A DNA stretch of 63,735 bases, filler included, from Octopus bimaculoides (taxonomy: Eukaryota): the NCBI RefSeq assembly GCF_001194135.2. It is 6 parts of 6 records of this genome, joined end to end, with 100 filler letters (N's around TTAATTAATTAA, not from the genome) between each part and the next. Parts side by side here need not be neighbours in the genome. Positions count along the whole stretch, not along the records: positions 1 to 23,158 come from NC_068981.1; 5 more parts are not named here. One strand, given 5' to 3'. Shown here piece by piece: positions 1 through 11,919 of the stretch; within the stretch, counting starts at the first letter, position 1, and each line of letters opens with the position of its first letter. A program made the position numbers and the translations under genes. The notes under the pieces were generated by a model. The model did not search any database. It was not told the origin of the DNA and saw only the letters and a program-made list of their open reading frames with translations.

Positions 1-449
1 ATATATATTAATTATCGTTGTCATTGTCCTCACTATTGTCATCATTTAACATCCATTTTTCATGTTGACATGGATGGTTCTACAGGAACTGGCAAGTCAG
101 AAGACTGCATCAGTCCCCACTGCCTGCTTTGGCATGGTTCCTATAACTGGATGCCCTTCCTCATGCCAACTACCACTTTACAGAGTGTACTGGGTGCTTT
201 TTATATGGCATTAGCAGCAGTGAAGTCACAAGATAAGAGGTCCCGCATCTGAGGAGGAGAGTAGTATTGAGGAATAGAAAAAAAGGAATCTTGTATTAGA
301 GGGGAAACATGGTTGCCTCAGGTGGAGAGAGGGGAGATAAATATATATATTATAGTGGTGGAGGAGGGTGCAGAGCCAGTGGGGGTGTTGAGCATTTGGT
401 TTTTATTTTATATTCTTAGTCAAATGTAGAAGGGCAGCACCCATGACAC

Positions 450-1406
450 NNNNNNNNNNNNNNNNNNNNNNNNNNNNNNNNNNNNNNNNNNNNNNNNNNN
501 NNNNNNNNNNNNNNNNNNNNNNNNNNNNNNNNNNNNNNNNNNNNNNNNNNNNNNNNNNNNNNNNNNNNNNNNNNNNNNNNNNNNNNNNNNNNNNNNNNNN
601 NNNNNNNNNNNNNNNNNNNNNNNNNNNNNNNNNNNNNNNNNNNNNNNNNNNNNNNNNNNNNNNNNNNNNNNNNNNNNNNNNNNNNNNNNNNNNNNNNNNN
701 NNNNNNNNNNNNNNNNNNNNNNNNNNNNNNNNNNNNNNNNNNNNNNNNNNNNNNNNNNNNNNNNNNNNNNNNNNNNNNNNNNNNNNNNNNNNNNNNNNNN
801 NNNNNNNNNNNNNNNNNNNNNNNNNNNNNNNNNNNNNNNNNNNNNNNNNNNNNNNNNNNNNNNNNNNNNNNNNNNNNNNNNNNNNNNNNNNNNNNNNNNN
901 NNNNNNNNNNNNNNNNNNNNNNNNNNNNNNNNNNNNNNNNNNNNNNNNNNNNNNNNNNNNNNNNNNNNNNNNNNNNNNNNNNNNNNNNNNNNNNNNNNNN
1001 NNNNNNNNNNNNNNNNNNNNNNNNNNNNNNNNNNNNNNNNNNNNNNNNNNNNNNNNNNNNNNNNNNNNNNNNNNNNNNNNNNNNNNNNNNNNNNNNNNNN
1101 NNNNNNNNNNNNNNNNNNNNNNNNNNNNNNNNNNNNNNNNNNNNNNNNNNNNNNNNNNNNNNNNNNNNNNNNNNNNNNNNNNNNNNNNNNNNNNNNNNNN
1201 NNNNNNNNNNNNNNNNNNNNNNNNNNNNNNNNNNNNNNNNNNNNNNNNNNNNNNNNNNNNNNNNNNNNNNNNNNNNNNNNNNNNNNNNNNNNNNNNNNNN
1301 NNNNNNNNNNNNNNNNNNNNNNNNNNNNNNNNNNNNNNNNNNNNNNNNNNNNNNNNNNNNNNNNNNNNNNNNNNNNNNNNNNNNNNNNNNNNNNNNNNNN
1401 NNNNNN
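450..1406. other. Assembly gap
   Basis: Run of N. Other large gaps: 17795-18133, 24193-24325, 28528-29045, 43027-43608, 48890-49515, 55583-56468, 57599-57743. Confidence 1.
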
Positions 1407-1477
1407 CATTGGATTATTTTTTCTTTAATTCATCAATTAAAAAAAATATCTCATCTGGGTGAGATTAGATTTCAAGT

Positions 1478-1847
1478 GTGGCTGTGTGATAAGAAGTCTG
1501 CTTCTGGGCCATATGGTCTCAGGTTCAATCCCACTGCATGGCACTTTGGGCAAGAGTTTTCTACTATAGCCCTGAGCCAGCCAAAGCCTTGTGAGTGGAT
1601 TTGGTAGCTGGAAACTGAAAGAAGCATGTTGTGTGTGTGTGAGTGTGTCCTTGTATTTTTCCCCTACCACTGCTTGACAACCAACGTTGGTTTGTTTACG
1701 TCCCTGTAACTTGATGGTTCAGCAGATCAGACCAATAGAATAAGTACCAGATTTTAAAAACCAGTACTGGGGTTGATTCATTCAACTAAAACCCTTCACA
1801 GCAGTACTCCAGCATGGCTGCAGTTCAATGACTGAAACAAGATAAAA
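1478..1847 (+). mobile_element. tRNA-derived SINE family A (CORE-like, probably OR1/OR2 type)
   Basis: Box A tggctgtgtgataag, box B ggttcaatccc, CORE-like gcactttgggcaag, central (TG)n, tail tgactgaaacaag. Confidence 0.85.
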
Positions 1848-2096
1848 ATTATCTAATTCACTACCCTAAATAACTGTTCCCCAATCACCATCACCCTCTT
1901 TTCTGAGATTTTTCACAGAGAGGAAACAGAAAATACAGCATATGTGAGGGTATCTATTATGCTTAAGAATAAAAAACAAAAATGATTTCCAAAGCTAATT
2001 TTTGCACTATCTTTTTTGTTTAAATTATTATCCAAAACAAGCCATAAATTCTTTACCAAACTGCCTAAGTTTATTTGGAATTTAACTGATTCTTAC

Positions 2097-2200
2097 CTTG
2101 GTAACTCTCTAGCCATTTGTTGTAATTCATTAAGAAAGAAATAGTGCTTTTTTTGTAGAAGCTCTTTTCTTTCAATTTCTGAAGCATATGTATCCTCCAT
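2097..2200 (-). CDS. DGCR6: DGCR6/gonadal-family protein, first conserved coding exon (MEDTYASEIERKELLQKKHYFFLNELQQMARELP); exon incl. upstream part is 2097-2241
   Basis: Peptide matches my recall of the human DGCR6 N-terminus ([21 protein letters not shown] vs LQKKHYFFLNELQQMARELP). Kozak context cagccATGg at 2200, donor AAG|GTAAGA after 2097 (phase 2), acceptor tttgtttag|G at 2241. Later exons not seen; they would lie in the 450-1406 gap or outside the window. Confidence 0.85.
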
Positions 2201-2248
2201 GGCTGAATATCCAAGTATAAAACTACATTCCTTTGAATAACCTAAACA

Positions 2249-2290
<42 letters not shown>

Positions 2291-2291
<1 letters not shown>

Positions 2292-4680
2292 CCAAGCAAA
2301 AGAACGGCAGACAGATAATCATAAATACTATAAAATAGTTGATTTTCGAGTTACACACACACATACTACTATGCAACACCCCTTCAAAAACATACAGAAA
2401 TAAACTCATACTGTAAATACCAAATAAAATGAACAAAACGCACAACATGTGCCATAGAAAGTTGATACCCAACAGAAGAACACAATCAGTGCAACATAAA
2501 CAACACAATATAAAAAACTAATACAACAGAAGACTCAAACAAAACATACTAATACAATATAATATCCCCAAAATGCAGCACACACCACCCAGCCAGCACG
2601 GAGGTGCAACAAATGATGCAATAGAAACTTGCTTGAAACTATCAGATATTGAAAAATCATAGTGGTGATGACGATGGTGATGACGATGGTGAGGAACATT
2701 ACCTTACCTCAGTTTATGACAGACAAGAGTTTCCGAAGAACTCTGGTTGTAACAGCGAAAATGAAGCTTTAAGGGAAGGCCTCTCACTTGGCAGTGGATC
2801 AGTAAAGATACAGACTGACCACAGCTGTCATCCTAATACAGCATCAGCAAATAATAGAGTAAGGAGGAGGAAGTGGACCAGTGAAGAAAACAGGATAGTG
2901 ATACAGTGCTACTTAGAAAGTGAACCTAGAAGGGGCTATAGAAAATGGATGTTAACACTTTGGGTAGAGTAGGGAATGTTTAAAGTGACAGAGCAGAGAT
3001 TAGTTGATCAAGCTAATGCTATTAGGAGAAGAAAGTGGATGACAGAATTGGAGGTAGAAGAGATCACAAGAGAACTGGAAAAGAAAGACTAGGCAGTGGG
3101 AAAGACAAACAACAACATAAGAACTTAAAGAAGAACTTAAAGAAGAACTTAAAAGAAAAAATAATAATAGTGCTACCAATAACGAAGTGCCAACTAGTAT
3201 CAATGATTTAAGTGATTTAAGTAAGGAAGGTCAGAAGATTTTAGATGAGTTGGAGGAAGTAATGAGTAAAGAGGTAAGAAAAAGATTGCCAGCATTAAAA
3301 GGTATCAACAGAAGGAAGCTACAAGAAATGACTAGGAAAGTAGATTCTGTTATCAGTAGGACAGATACTAAAAATATAGGTGACACTAATTTACTGATCT
3401 ATGCAAGAGGGGGAGTAATTACCAGAAAATCAGATATCTTACAGGGAAAGATTAAAAAAGAGCAAATGTGGAAAAGAAGACAAGAAAATAAAATGAAGCC
3501 TTTAAGACAAGATTTGAGTAGAATAGAAGCCTGGAAAACAAACAAGTTAGGAGCCACAAGATGCAAATCTTGCCTCAAGGAAAGATACTTAGTGAAAGAG
3601 AAAGGATTTGGGACAATAATAGAAGAGTTGAAACAGTGTAACATAGCAGTAGCAAGCAAGCTCCCAGATATCACAAAAGAATAGATCAGTATTAACAGAA
3701 TAGATTATTTGAGACAGACTAGAGGAGATTTTATGACCAAATAAATAGTGGAAAACGAAGTACTGAAAATGAGAAACCTAATACAGAGGAAGCTAGAAAG
3801 TTCTGGAGTAATATTTGGGATAAACCAGCCAATCATAATGTAGATGCAGTATGGTTAGAGAAAGTGAGGAAAGAAGTAGTGAGTGAGAAGCAACCAGATC
3901 TAAGATTAACTAATGCATTAATGAGTAAAGTGTTAGGAAAAATGTCGAATCGGAAGGGCCTAGGACCAGATTTAGTTCAAGGGTACTGGCTAAAGGAATT
4001 CAGTAGTTTACATGGGGGGACTGAGGGAACAACTTCAGGATTGCCTTAATGGAGGAATAATACTAAATTGGATGACTAGAGGGAGGATAAGAGCAAGGGT
4101 AATACAGCCAGCAACTAGAGACCAATCACTTGCTTACCATTAGTGTGGAAGCTGTTAATAGGAATGCTTTCAGAAAGCATTTACAAGCACCTTGACAAGC
4201 AGAATTTACTACCAGAAGAACAGAAAGGTTGCAGGAGGCTAGAGGAACGCAAGATCTATTATATATAGACAAAGCAGTTGTAAATGAAGTAAAAAGAAAA
4301 ATCTAACAATAGCATGGATAAGTGAATGTTTAAGTATATTCAGTATAGCAGACAACATAAGAGAATAAATTAGCTGCAGCATGAAGAAATGGAAATTAGA
4401 TCTATACTCAGGTGACACACTCTTCGGGAAAGTTAATATCAAAAGAGAAATTTTCCTGGGGGACTTGTACCCTTTAAAATTTGCCTTATGTTTGATCCAC
4501 CTCAGTTTAGTATTAAGGAAGGTAAATGCAGGGTGTCAGTTTAGAAATAGTAAGGGAAAAATTAACCATTTGCTCTACATGGATGATCTGAAGCTTTTTA
4601 GTAAGAATGAAAAAGAGAGATTCCCTAATACAGACTGTAAAACTCTTCAGGAAGGAGGAGAAATATGTTTGTGAGTTATT
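2291..4680 (+). mobile_element. R4/Dong-like non-LTR retrotransposon (R2 superfamily), decayed and internally deleted
   Basis: Starts at a (TAA)n tract. Frameshifted ORF pieces: RRRKWTSEENRIVIQCYLESEPRRGY (N-terminus), [49 protein letters not shown] (RT). Confidence 0.85.
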
Positions 4681-4912
4681 AACATCATACCCTGAAGGGA
4701 TGAACAAAATGACAGGGGAATTTCATCATATTTACACAAAACTGATTAAATATTCTTCCTTTTTTTCTTTTTGCCAGTTGTAAACTTGAAAATTGAAGAC
4801 TGATGATGTCATTCTGTCAATATTGTTCAAACCAATAAAATATCTATTGTAATTGCATCACACTCTTCTATTGTCTATTTATCTTTGTGAGGAGTTATAA
4901 TAAACCTTTTAA

Positions 4913-4944
<32 letters not shown>

Positions 4945-4946
<2 letters not shown>

Positions 4947-5449
4947 CACGCCAGAAAAGGTCACAGAAAACGAGAAAGCAACCATACTCTGGGATATGCC
5001 AATACACACAGATAGAGAAATTAAGGCAAATAGACCAGATATAGTTGTCAAAGATCATGAAGAAAAAAAATGCTTTCTAATTGATGTATCAATACCAGCA
5101 GATGACAACGTTTCTCTAAAAGAAATGGAAAAACTTTCAAAATACAAAGACCTGGAAATAGAGGTAACTCGAATGTGGAATCTAAAAACAGAAACAATTC
5201 CTATCATAGTAGGTGCCTTAGGTATAGTAAAAAAATATTCAGACAAATACATAACAAAAACACCAGGACTTACAAATATATATAACATACAGAAAATTGC
5301 ACTACTGGGCACTGCACACATCCTACGCAAAACACTTTCAATACTGTAACCATAAGAGCATCACAGCAAACCACAGCACATATCCAAGGCGCACAGAGCT
5401 GCGCTTGGTAGTGAAGTAAAAGCACGTTATAAAACTAAAACTACTGAAC
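4945..5449 (+). mobile_element. R4/Dong-like 3' fragment: restriction-like endonuclease domain plus 3' UTR
   Basis: ILWDMPIHTDREIKANRPDIVVKD...LIDVSIP...EKLSKYKDL...PIIVGALG...IALLGTAHILRKTL; (TAA)n on both sides. Confidence 0.9.
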
Positions 5450-5465
5450 AATAATAATAATAATG

Positions 5466-5657
5466 GTTTCAAATTTTGCCACAAGGGCAATCGATTACAT
5501 CAACCCCAGTGTCCAACTGGTACTTAAGTTATCGACCCTGAAAGGATGAAAGTCAAAGTCGAGCTCAGTGGAATTTGAACTCAGAACATAGCGGCAGACG
5601 AAATACCGCTAAGCATTTCACCTGGTGTGCTAATGATCCTGCCCGCTTGCCACTTTA
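5466..5657 (-). mobile_element. tRNA-derived SINE family B
   Basis: Box B gttctgagttcaaattcc and body gactttgcctttcatcctttc.gggtcgataa..taagtaccag, read on the minus strand. Confidence 0.85.
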
Positions 5658-6359
5658 ATAATAATAATAATAAATGATGATGATGATGATGATATAATCA
5701 CTCATGTCAATTTTGATGTATGTGTGTTTGAAGGAAAAGATTAAAAAAAGAAGGTTTAAAAATAAAAGAAACTGCAAAGCTTTTATTTGCAACGATGCAT
5801 GAATACAATTTGAGTTCTGGGATGAATTTTGCTTTGAAGTCACAATGAGGACAAAGATGATTTTGATTTTATCTGCAGAACAGCTTTGTTGTTCTGCATG
5901 CACCTCAGATAGTCCTGCCTGAAAGCACTTCTATGCTTGTAGAGTGTCAGGTGAATCATGCTGAAACAACATGTCTGATACTCTGCTGAAGTTGTTTGGA
6001 GCTTCATCTGTTTTTACACAGACAGTATAAAGAGAAATTCGGTTCTCTGACACAAAATGTTGCAGTGAATCTCATTCACATTCTAGTGTACAGGAATGTG
6101 TTAAAAATGTACCACTTATTTTGATCTTGACAGCTTCATTTGATTATTCTGAATTAATTCCAGCTTAGTAAGCCTCTACACACATTAGCAAATGCCCTGT
6201 TTGCAATTTTCTCTATAAGAACAGAAGTTCCTGTCAAGCTTTGAATAATTTTGATGCCATCTATCACTGAGTAGGTAAAATCATACTAAAACATCATCAT
6301 TTAATATTTGTTCTCCATGCTAGCATGGGACAGACAATTTGACAGGAGATGGCCACATA

Positions 6360-6940
6360 TCGTCATCCTCATCATCCTTTAACATCCATTTCCTATGCTG
6401 GCATGGTATGGACGGTTTGACCAGAGCTGGTAAGCTGCACAAAGTTCCACTCTGATTTGGCTTGGTTTCTATGGCTGGATGCCCTTCCAAATGCCAACCA
6501 CTTTACAGTGTGTGCTGCATGCTTTAATGTGCCATTGGCATGGGTGCTTCTACATGGCAGCAGCACAAGTGCTTTTTACAAGGCACCAGCACAAGACTCT
6601 TGCAGGCCAATCCTCTTCATCAGGGATGCAGCCTTCACATTTCTGCTGTGGATGATGGGTCTTTTTGATGACAGCAAGGTACTAGGTAATTTGATCCTTT
6701 GTTATCTTATCTGAAAGGTTTTGTATTTTGAGGTCATCCTTCAGTACTTCATCCTATGTCATCCTGGGTCTCCTTGTTCCACAAGTTACATCCACTTTGA
6801 GTGAATGGCACTTCTTTATAGAGCTGTCAGCATCCATCTGCATCACATGACCAAACCAGCATAGTCTTCTCTCTTGTACACTGCATCTAATTCCTCTTAT
6901 GCTTAACTTCTATCTCAATACACTAACACTCTGTAGCATG
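6360..6940 (-). mobile_element. RTE LINE 3' end (related subfamily)
   Basis: Minus strand 6730-6940 reads RGIRCSVQERRLCWFGHVMQMDADSSIKKCH, followed by the RTE 3' UTR and tail. Confidence 0.8.
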
Positions 6941-6996
6941 TGTACACATACAGTACACATCCAGCAGACCATATTATATTCATAAATATATATGTA

Positions 6997-7070
<74 letters not shown>

Positions 7071-8906
7071 GATATCCTGTATATATACAGGTAGTGTGTG
7101 TTACACTCTCCTTGTCTTGACATGGCGTGATAATTGTAAACGAATGTCTCCATCATGCAAGCACTCCTTCATTTCCAATCTTTCATGAAAACGTGTCATA
7201 TCACAGGGAAATATTACCTTACTTGGAAACAACTGCCAGATGGCGACAGGGAGAGCATACAACCATAGAAAATTTGCCTTAACAAAATTCCGTCTGACCC
7301 ATGCAAGCATGGAAAAGTGGATGTTAAAACAATGTTGATGATGGTATGTAGACTTTTTAGTTTTATTACCATTAATACTTATATAAATTAGAAATTCTAT
7401 GATGACAAAAATAAATAAATAATATACAAAATTCTCAATTGTAAAAGTTATAAATCATAAAAAACAACAGGAAATATTTGCTGGCTTGAATGAAAGAAAG
7501 AAGAATTTGATAGTTAAATGATGTAATGATTTGACAAAAACAGACATGAAAATAATGTTGAAGAGTTTATTTGTGGCTATATCCATACTGAAAGAATAAA
7601 ACTGTTAATTAAGAAATATAGCCAACAGTTTTGATGCATCAGGTCAAAAACACAATAGCAACAAAAAAGCCAAAAATAATAATAATTGTCATTATATCAA
7701 ATTTTGTACAGTTATAAAGATATTATGTAAAGGCAAATATAATTGATGGAATAAAAACTAGGGTGATCTATGAAGATTGACAACTAAATTTATAGAAAGC
7801 TAGTTGCTCAAATAATATATCTGAATAGCTTGTAAAATACTTAGAGTTGATAACATTTAATGTTGGCAATTAAAATGAGGTAAAAGTTGCATTTGGTATA
7901 ATTGCACAAGATGCTTGATTAAGTGCCATTTTGGGGGGCAACCCAAACCATCTTATCAATGATTGTGGAATCAGATATTAAGGTCACTTGATATTCATGC
8001 TGATTTAATCACATGATCTGTTGAGTCTGATCATATGAACAACATTTTCTAGGAGGAAAAAAAAAACAAAATGATGAAATGTTTTTCTTCAGCAAGTTAT
8101 TTTTTTTAAGGATAAAATCTAACTGGAACAACTATGCATGGATATAGTTGCCGTATGTCAATTTAAGGTTCAATAGGAGAAGAATCAGGTAATGATATAA
8201 GACTTGTAGAAGACTAGTAGGATGTCTAATAATAAAATATGGGACTGGTTGGTGGCTGAAGGTCAAAAGGTTTACATTCTGAGCACAAGTTTTCCAAATT
8301 TCTTGCTAGCTCAAGCTACATGTTTATTTTGAATTTAGTAATGATACATATACAAACATATACAACATACACAACATATACAAACATACAGACCATCAAA
8401 GGTGCCTCTATGTGGCCACTCAAGCTACAGGAAATAAATCATACTCTACCATCTTAAACAAAGAAAAGATATAATAGATAATACAGACTTAGATGTACTC
8501 CAAAAATATAGGGTGATCACCAGTGAAATATCTTTAATCACAAGTCTTTTAATCAGATTTGATCTAGGGATGAATGACAACAGACACAACCATTCTATAT
8601 AGTTTAAGATTTGAATCCTTTTCATAGCATGATTGCCAAAGTAGTGGCATTTTTGAAAACCAATCTAGATGCATATCTTAAACTGGACAACTTTGTAGGA
8701 GTAACGTGATTAATAACAACATTGGAGTGATTTGACCATGACACATCAGTAAGAGCAATAAAACATAAGCAAGCAAAGATATCGATGTGTTTTCTATCTT
8801 CTATAATTTTAAGAAATTAAATAATAATTTCCCAGAATTTCCTTTTTCTATTGTTTTTCATTCAATATTCATACTAAGCTCACTCTGATAAGATTCTCAA
8901 TTATTT

Positions 8907-9109
8907 ACATTATTTACAACTGACGGATATTTGTCCTCATCTTGTTTGTTGTTAACACAATGTTTCGGCTGATATACCTTCCAGCCTTCATCAGGTGTCT
9001 TGGGGAAATTTTTCCTCAAGACACCTGATGAAGGCTAGAGGGTATATCAGCCAAAACGTGTTAACAACAAACAAGATGAGGACAAATATCTGTCAATTTT
9101 AAATAATGT
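8907..9109. repeat. ~100-bp-arm inverted repeat of a PLE terminus, each arm carrying a hammerhead motif
   Basis: The arms pair almost throughout around a minimal loop at about 9008. CTGATGA occurs at 8994-8988 (-) and 9025-9031 (+). Confidence 0.9.
8954..8999 (-). ncRNA. Minimal type I hammerhead ribozyme motif (PLE-type), degenerate
   Basis: gacac-CUGAUGA-a-ggcug(10 nt)cagcc-GAAA-c-auu-guguu; stem I gacac/guguu, 5-bp stem II. Confidence 0.7.
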
Positions 9110-9780
9110 TGATAATTCCACATCTCTTAAATATAGAATTGCAAGATTCTCAATATTTTGAAACAATGATACAACTATTATAGAAGACAAGAAGCAGTTA
9201 GCCAGAGTACCACAAGCATGGAGAAAAGACACAAAGCAGGAGAGGTCAAGTGACAACAGAATACCAGACCTCTATATCTTACAGATGAGTGGGCATGTCT
9301 TCAGGATAGATCAGACAAATCAGCATTGAAGAGGATGAAAAACAATAGTGTAACAAAAAAATCAAATTGTAACAGACAGTCAGCCAGTCAGTATGATGGC
9401 TGGAGCATACAATGTACATCATGCAAAGAAGGTAAAGTTTAATATTTTTTTACCTTACATTGGGGTTAAATTTTAAGGTCAGTATAATAAAACTCAAACT
9501 GACAAGACTGATTCCCAAACAAGCTGGTACAGTGATAAATGCCTACTGGTAGCATGTCTCATTATAGCACTATGCCTGACAGAGCTAAAAGCACTTTTCT
9601 GCATCTCACTTCATAATTACTTTTGGTAACAAATTCTGGTGAATTAATTTGTATGTTGTATGGATGGTAGCCTCACAACATAATGGAGCACCAATTCCTG
9701 ATTATGTGGAAAGCAAAAATTAGGAGTGGCTAAATGACAGTAAATGTTTCCAATAGTAAATTGGAAGATATCCTTGTTGG

Positions 9781-10000
9781 AAGGTGGCGAGCTGGCAGAA
9801 ACGTTAGCACGCCAGGCGAAATACTTAGCAGTATTTCACCTGTCTTTATGTTCTGAGTTCAAATTCTGCCGAGGTCAACTTTGCCTTTTATCCTTTCAGG
9901 GTCAATAAATTAAGTACAAGTTGTGTACTTGGGTCAATCAAATCGACTGCCCCCCCCCACACACACTCCCCCAAAATTTTGGGCCTTGTGCCTAGAGTAG
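9781..10000 (+). mobile_element. SINE family B
   Basis: ggtggcgagctggcagaaacgttagcacgcc...gttctgagttcaaattctgccgaggtcaactttgcc. Further copies at about 22702-22890, 25893-26080, 27919-28105 (-), 31960-32110, 34680-34850, 49516-49705 and 58195-58380 (-). Confidence 0.9.
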
Positions 10001-10361
10001 AAAAGATATCCTTGTTAGTTTTGGTTAAGGTTGGGCGAAAATGAATTTGTTGAGATCTGGGAGAATGCCTTTAAAGATGGTATTAATAAATGTAGTGACA
10101 AATGAAATTGGTTGTCATTTTACTCCATACTGAAAAATAGGCTTTGATATGCTGGAGGTGCAAACTTTTAGCACAGGATCAAGAACTATCTACAAATGAA
10201 AGAATTGTATCACAAACTTTCTTGACACTGACTGATGAAATCTGCATGACAGAAATTAATTCAGTATTAGGCAAGGGAAGACTGGAGAAGCTGAAAGTTA
10301 TTCCAAAGAGTGCCTGTCTGCGGGACAGAAAAGAAAAAAAACAGTACTGGAACTTTCATAC

Positions 10362-10535
10362 CAAATTCCTGTAGTCTACCAGTGATGGTTAATTTGATAC
10401 TTATGTCCTTGATATCAGAAGAAGGCATGGCTGCAGGAGCAGTAGTAGTTGAATTGTTGAAGGTTATTCATTGAAAATTTGGATTTGAATTATGTTTGTC
10501 ATAGATAACGTATTATTGAATTTGTCTTGTAGAAC
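10362..10535 (-). other. Candidate upstream exon, possibly of DGCR6; ATG at 10428 (MPSSDIKDISIKLTITGRLQEF)
   Basis: Acceptor ccttttcctattttcag|G, donor TTG|GTATGA, Kozak gcagccATG. The phase-1 donor is frame-compatible with the 2241 acceptor. No recognised homology. Confidence 0.4.
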
Positions 10536-11919
10536 CTGAAAATAGGAAAAGGATAAATAGCTAAAATGCCCCAGAGTTGATAGCATCATCGAAAGCCTTG
10601 ACAAATAAGTTGGCTAAAAATTCAAAAGAGGAAGAGCCAGCTTGAATTTTTTGGAGGACCGTCTGGAGTTCCGTTTTGCTTTGAACAATAAACGAGAAAG
10701 TTGTCTGCCAGTAGACTGTCCTCAGAAGCAGAATAAATGTTAAGATAACTCAAAATTGAGCCTATCTTTATTTTTTTAGTCAAAGGTATTAATAGAGCAA
10801 GGGAAAACCCCCGGCAGTTACAATATTCATAACCTCCCTTAGTAAAAGTTTTAGATAAAACAGTTATAAAGTTTATTACAATAACAGATCCTTGCACAGA
10901 GTTTCACAGTTTTCACTGATATGGAAGTGAATTTTGGAAATGCTAAGGGGACAGGGAACTAGCAAACTGTTAATCTTTATCTCGTTTGACACTTTCGCAC
11001 TAAAGGGAAACAACAGCGTCTGTGTTGTGATAATCAACTTCCACAAACAATTTTAAAGAATTATTCAATTGCCTATACAGTTCTACTTTTTGAAAGAATA
11101 CGGTGTTTTGTGTTTAGGATTAATAAAAATAGCACGGCTTGGCTTTCAAAATAGCTTGGTTTGGGAAACAAAGCAAATTTCGGGAAGACGGGGGAATTAG
11201 TCAACGATTTATCGAGAACAATATTTGCAGTCGTTAAGGGACTTCAATGCAGCAGGTTTCGGAAACTATAATTTAGGGTTCTTTTTTACTTCACATTTTT
11301 TTTTTGTTAAACTTCAGCATCTGGAAAAACGTTATAATTCTGTTATAAAGTATGGTTAAAAGGATAAAGGAAGCAACATTTTTTAATTTTATTTTTTCAC
11401 TGAATTGGAACCTTAAAACATTTTTATTAGCTGTTCATGCGAAGGGCATCAGTAATTGTATTTATTTGATCTTAGTGTGACACGAAGTTAAAATCTTTGA
11501 GAAACACAACCTTAGATTTTGGTTTAAACTTTAAATATAGATTTTGTTGTATATCAGAAATTTAAAACAGTAATAATATTTTAGATATCTCTTTTAAGGA
11601 TAGCTATTTTGTATAATGGAAACACATTTTTCAATTTCCCGAATGTATAAACTATCTGCTTGCTCTTGTGCTTTAAAAAATGTTTATAACTAAAACTTAA
11701 GATGTGCTATCATAACGAAAACAAAACAAAACACTTTAGTGAAGAAATGCTAAAGAACAAAATCTATTTGTATATGAAAACATTTGATTTTGATTAAGCC
11801 TTGATTTCTTTTCTAATCCATTTATATTAAATGTATTCTAGGGAGAAACTTTTTTCACAAGAATATATTTAAATACCTACCAAAATAGGTGATCAAAATG
11901 TTTGGATTTAATATTTCAC

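Noticed and set aside
420-1462. Long poly-X ORFs across gaps (also 28.4, 42.8, 48.8, 55.5 kb)
   Set aside because: Translation of N runs.
5760-6270. Zinc-finger-like peptides (minus HLCPHCDFKAK; plus KCPVCNFLYKN) and a minus-strand exon-like VIDGIKIIQSLTG..SWN*
   Set aside because: No zinc-ligand histidines, stops nearby in all frames, and motifs on both strands; consistent with chance.
10562-10760. Minus-strand open stretch TFILLLRTVYWQ...FDDAINSGAF*
   Set aside because: No ATG or convincing acceptor, and no recognisable homology.
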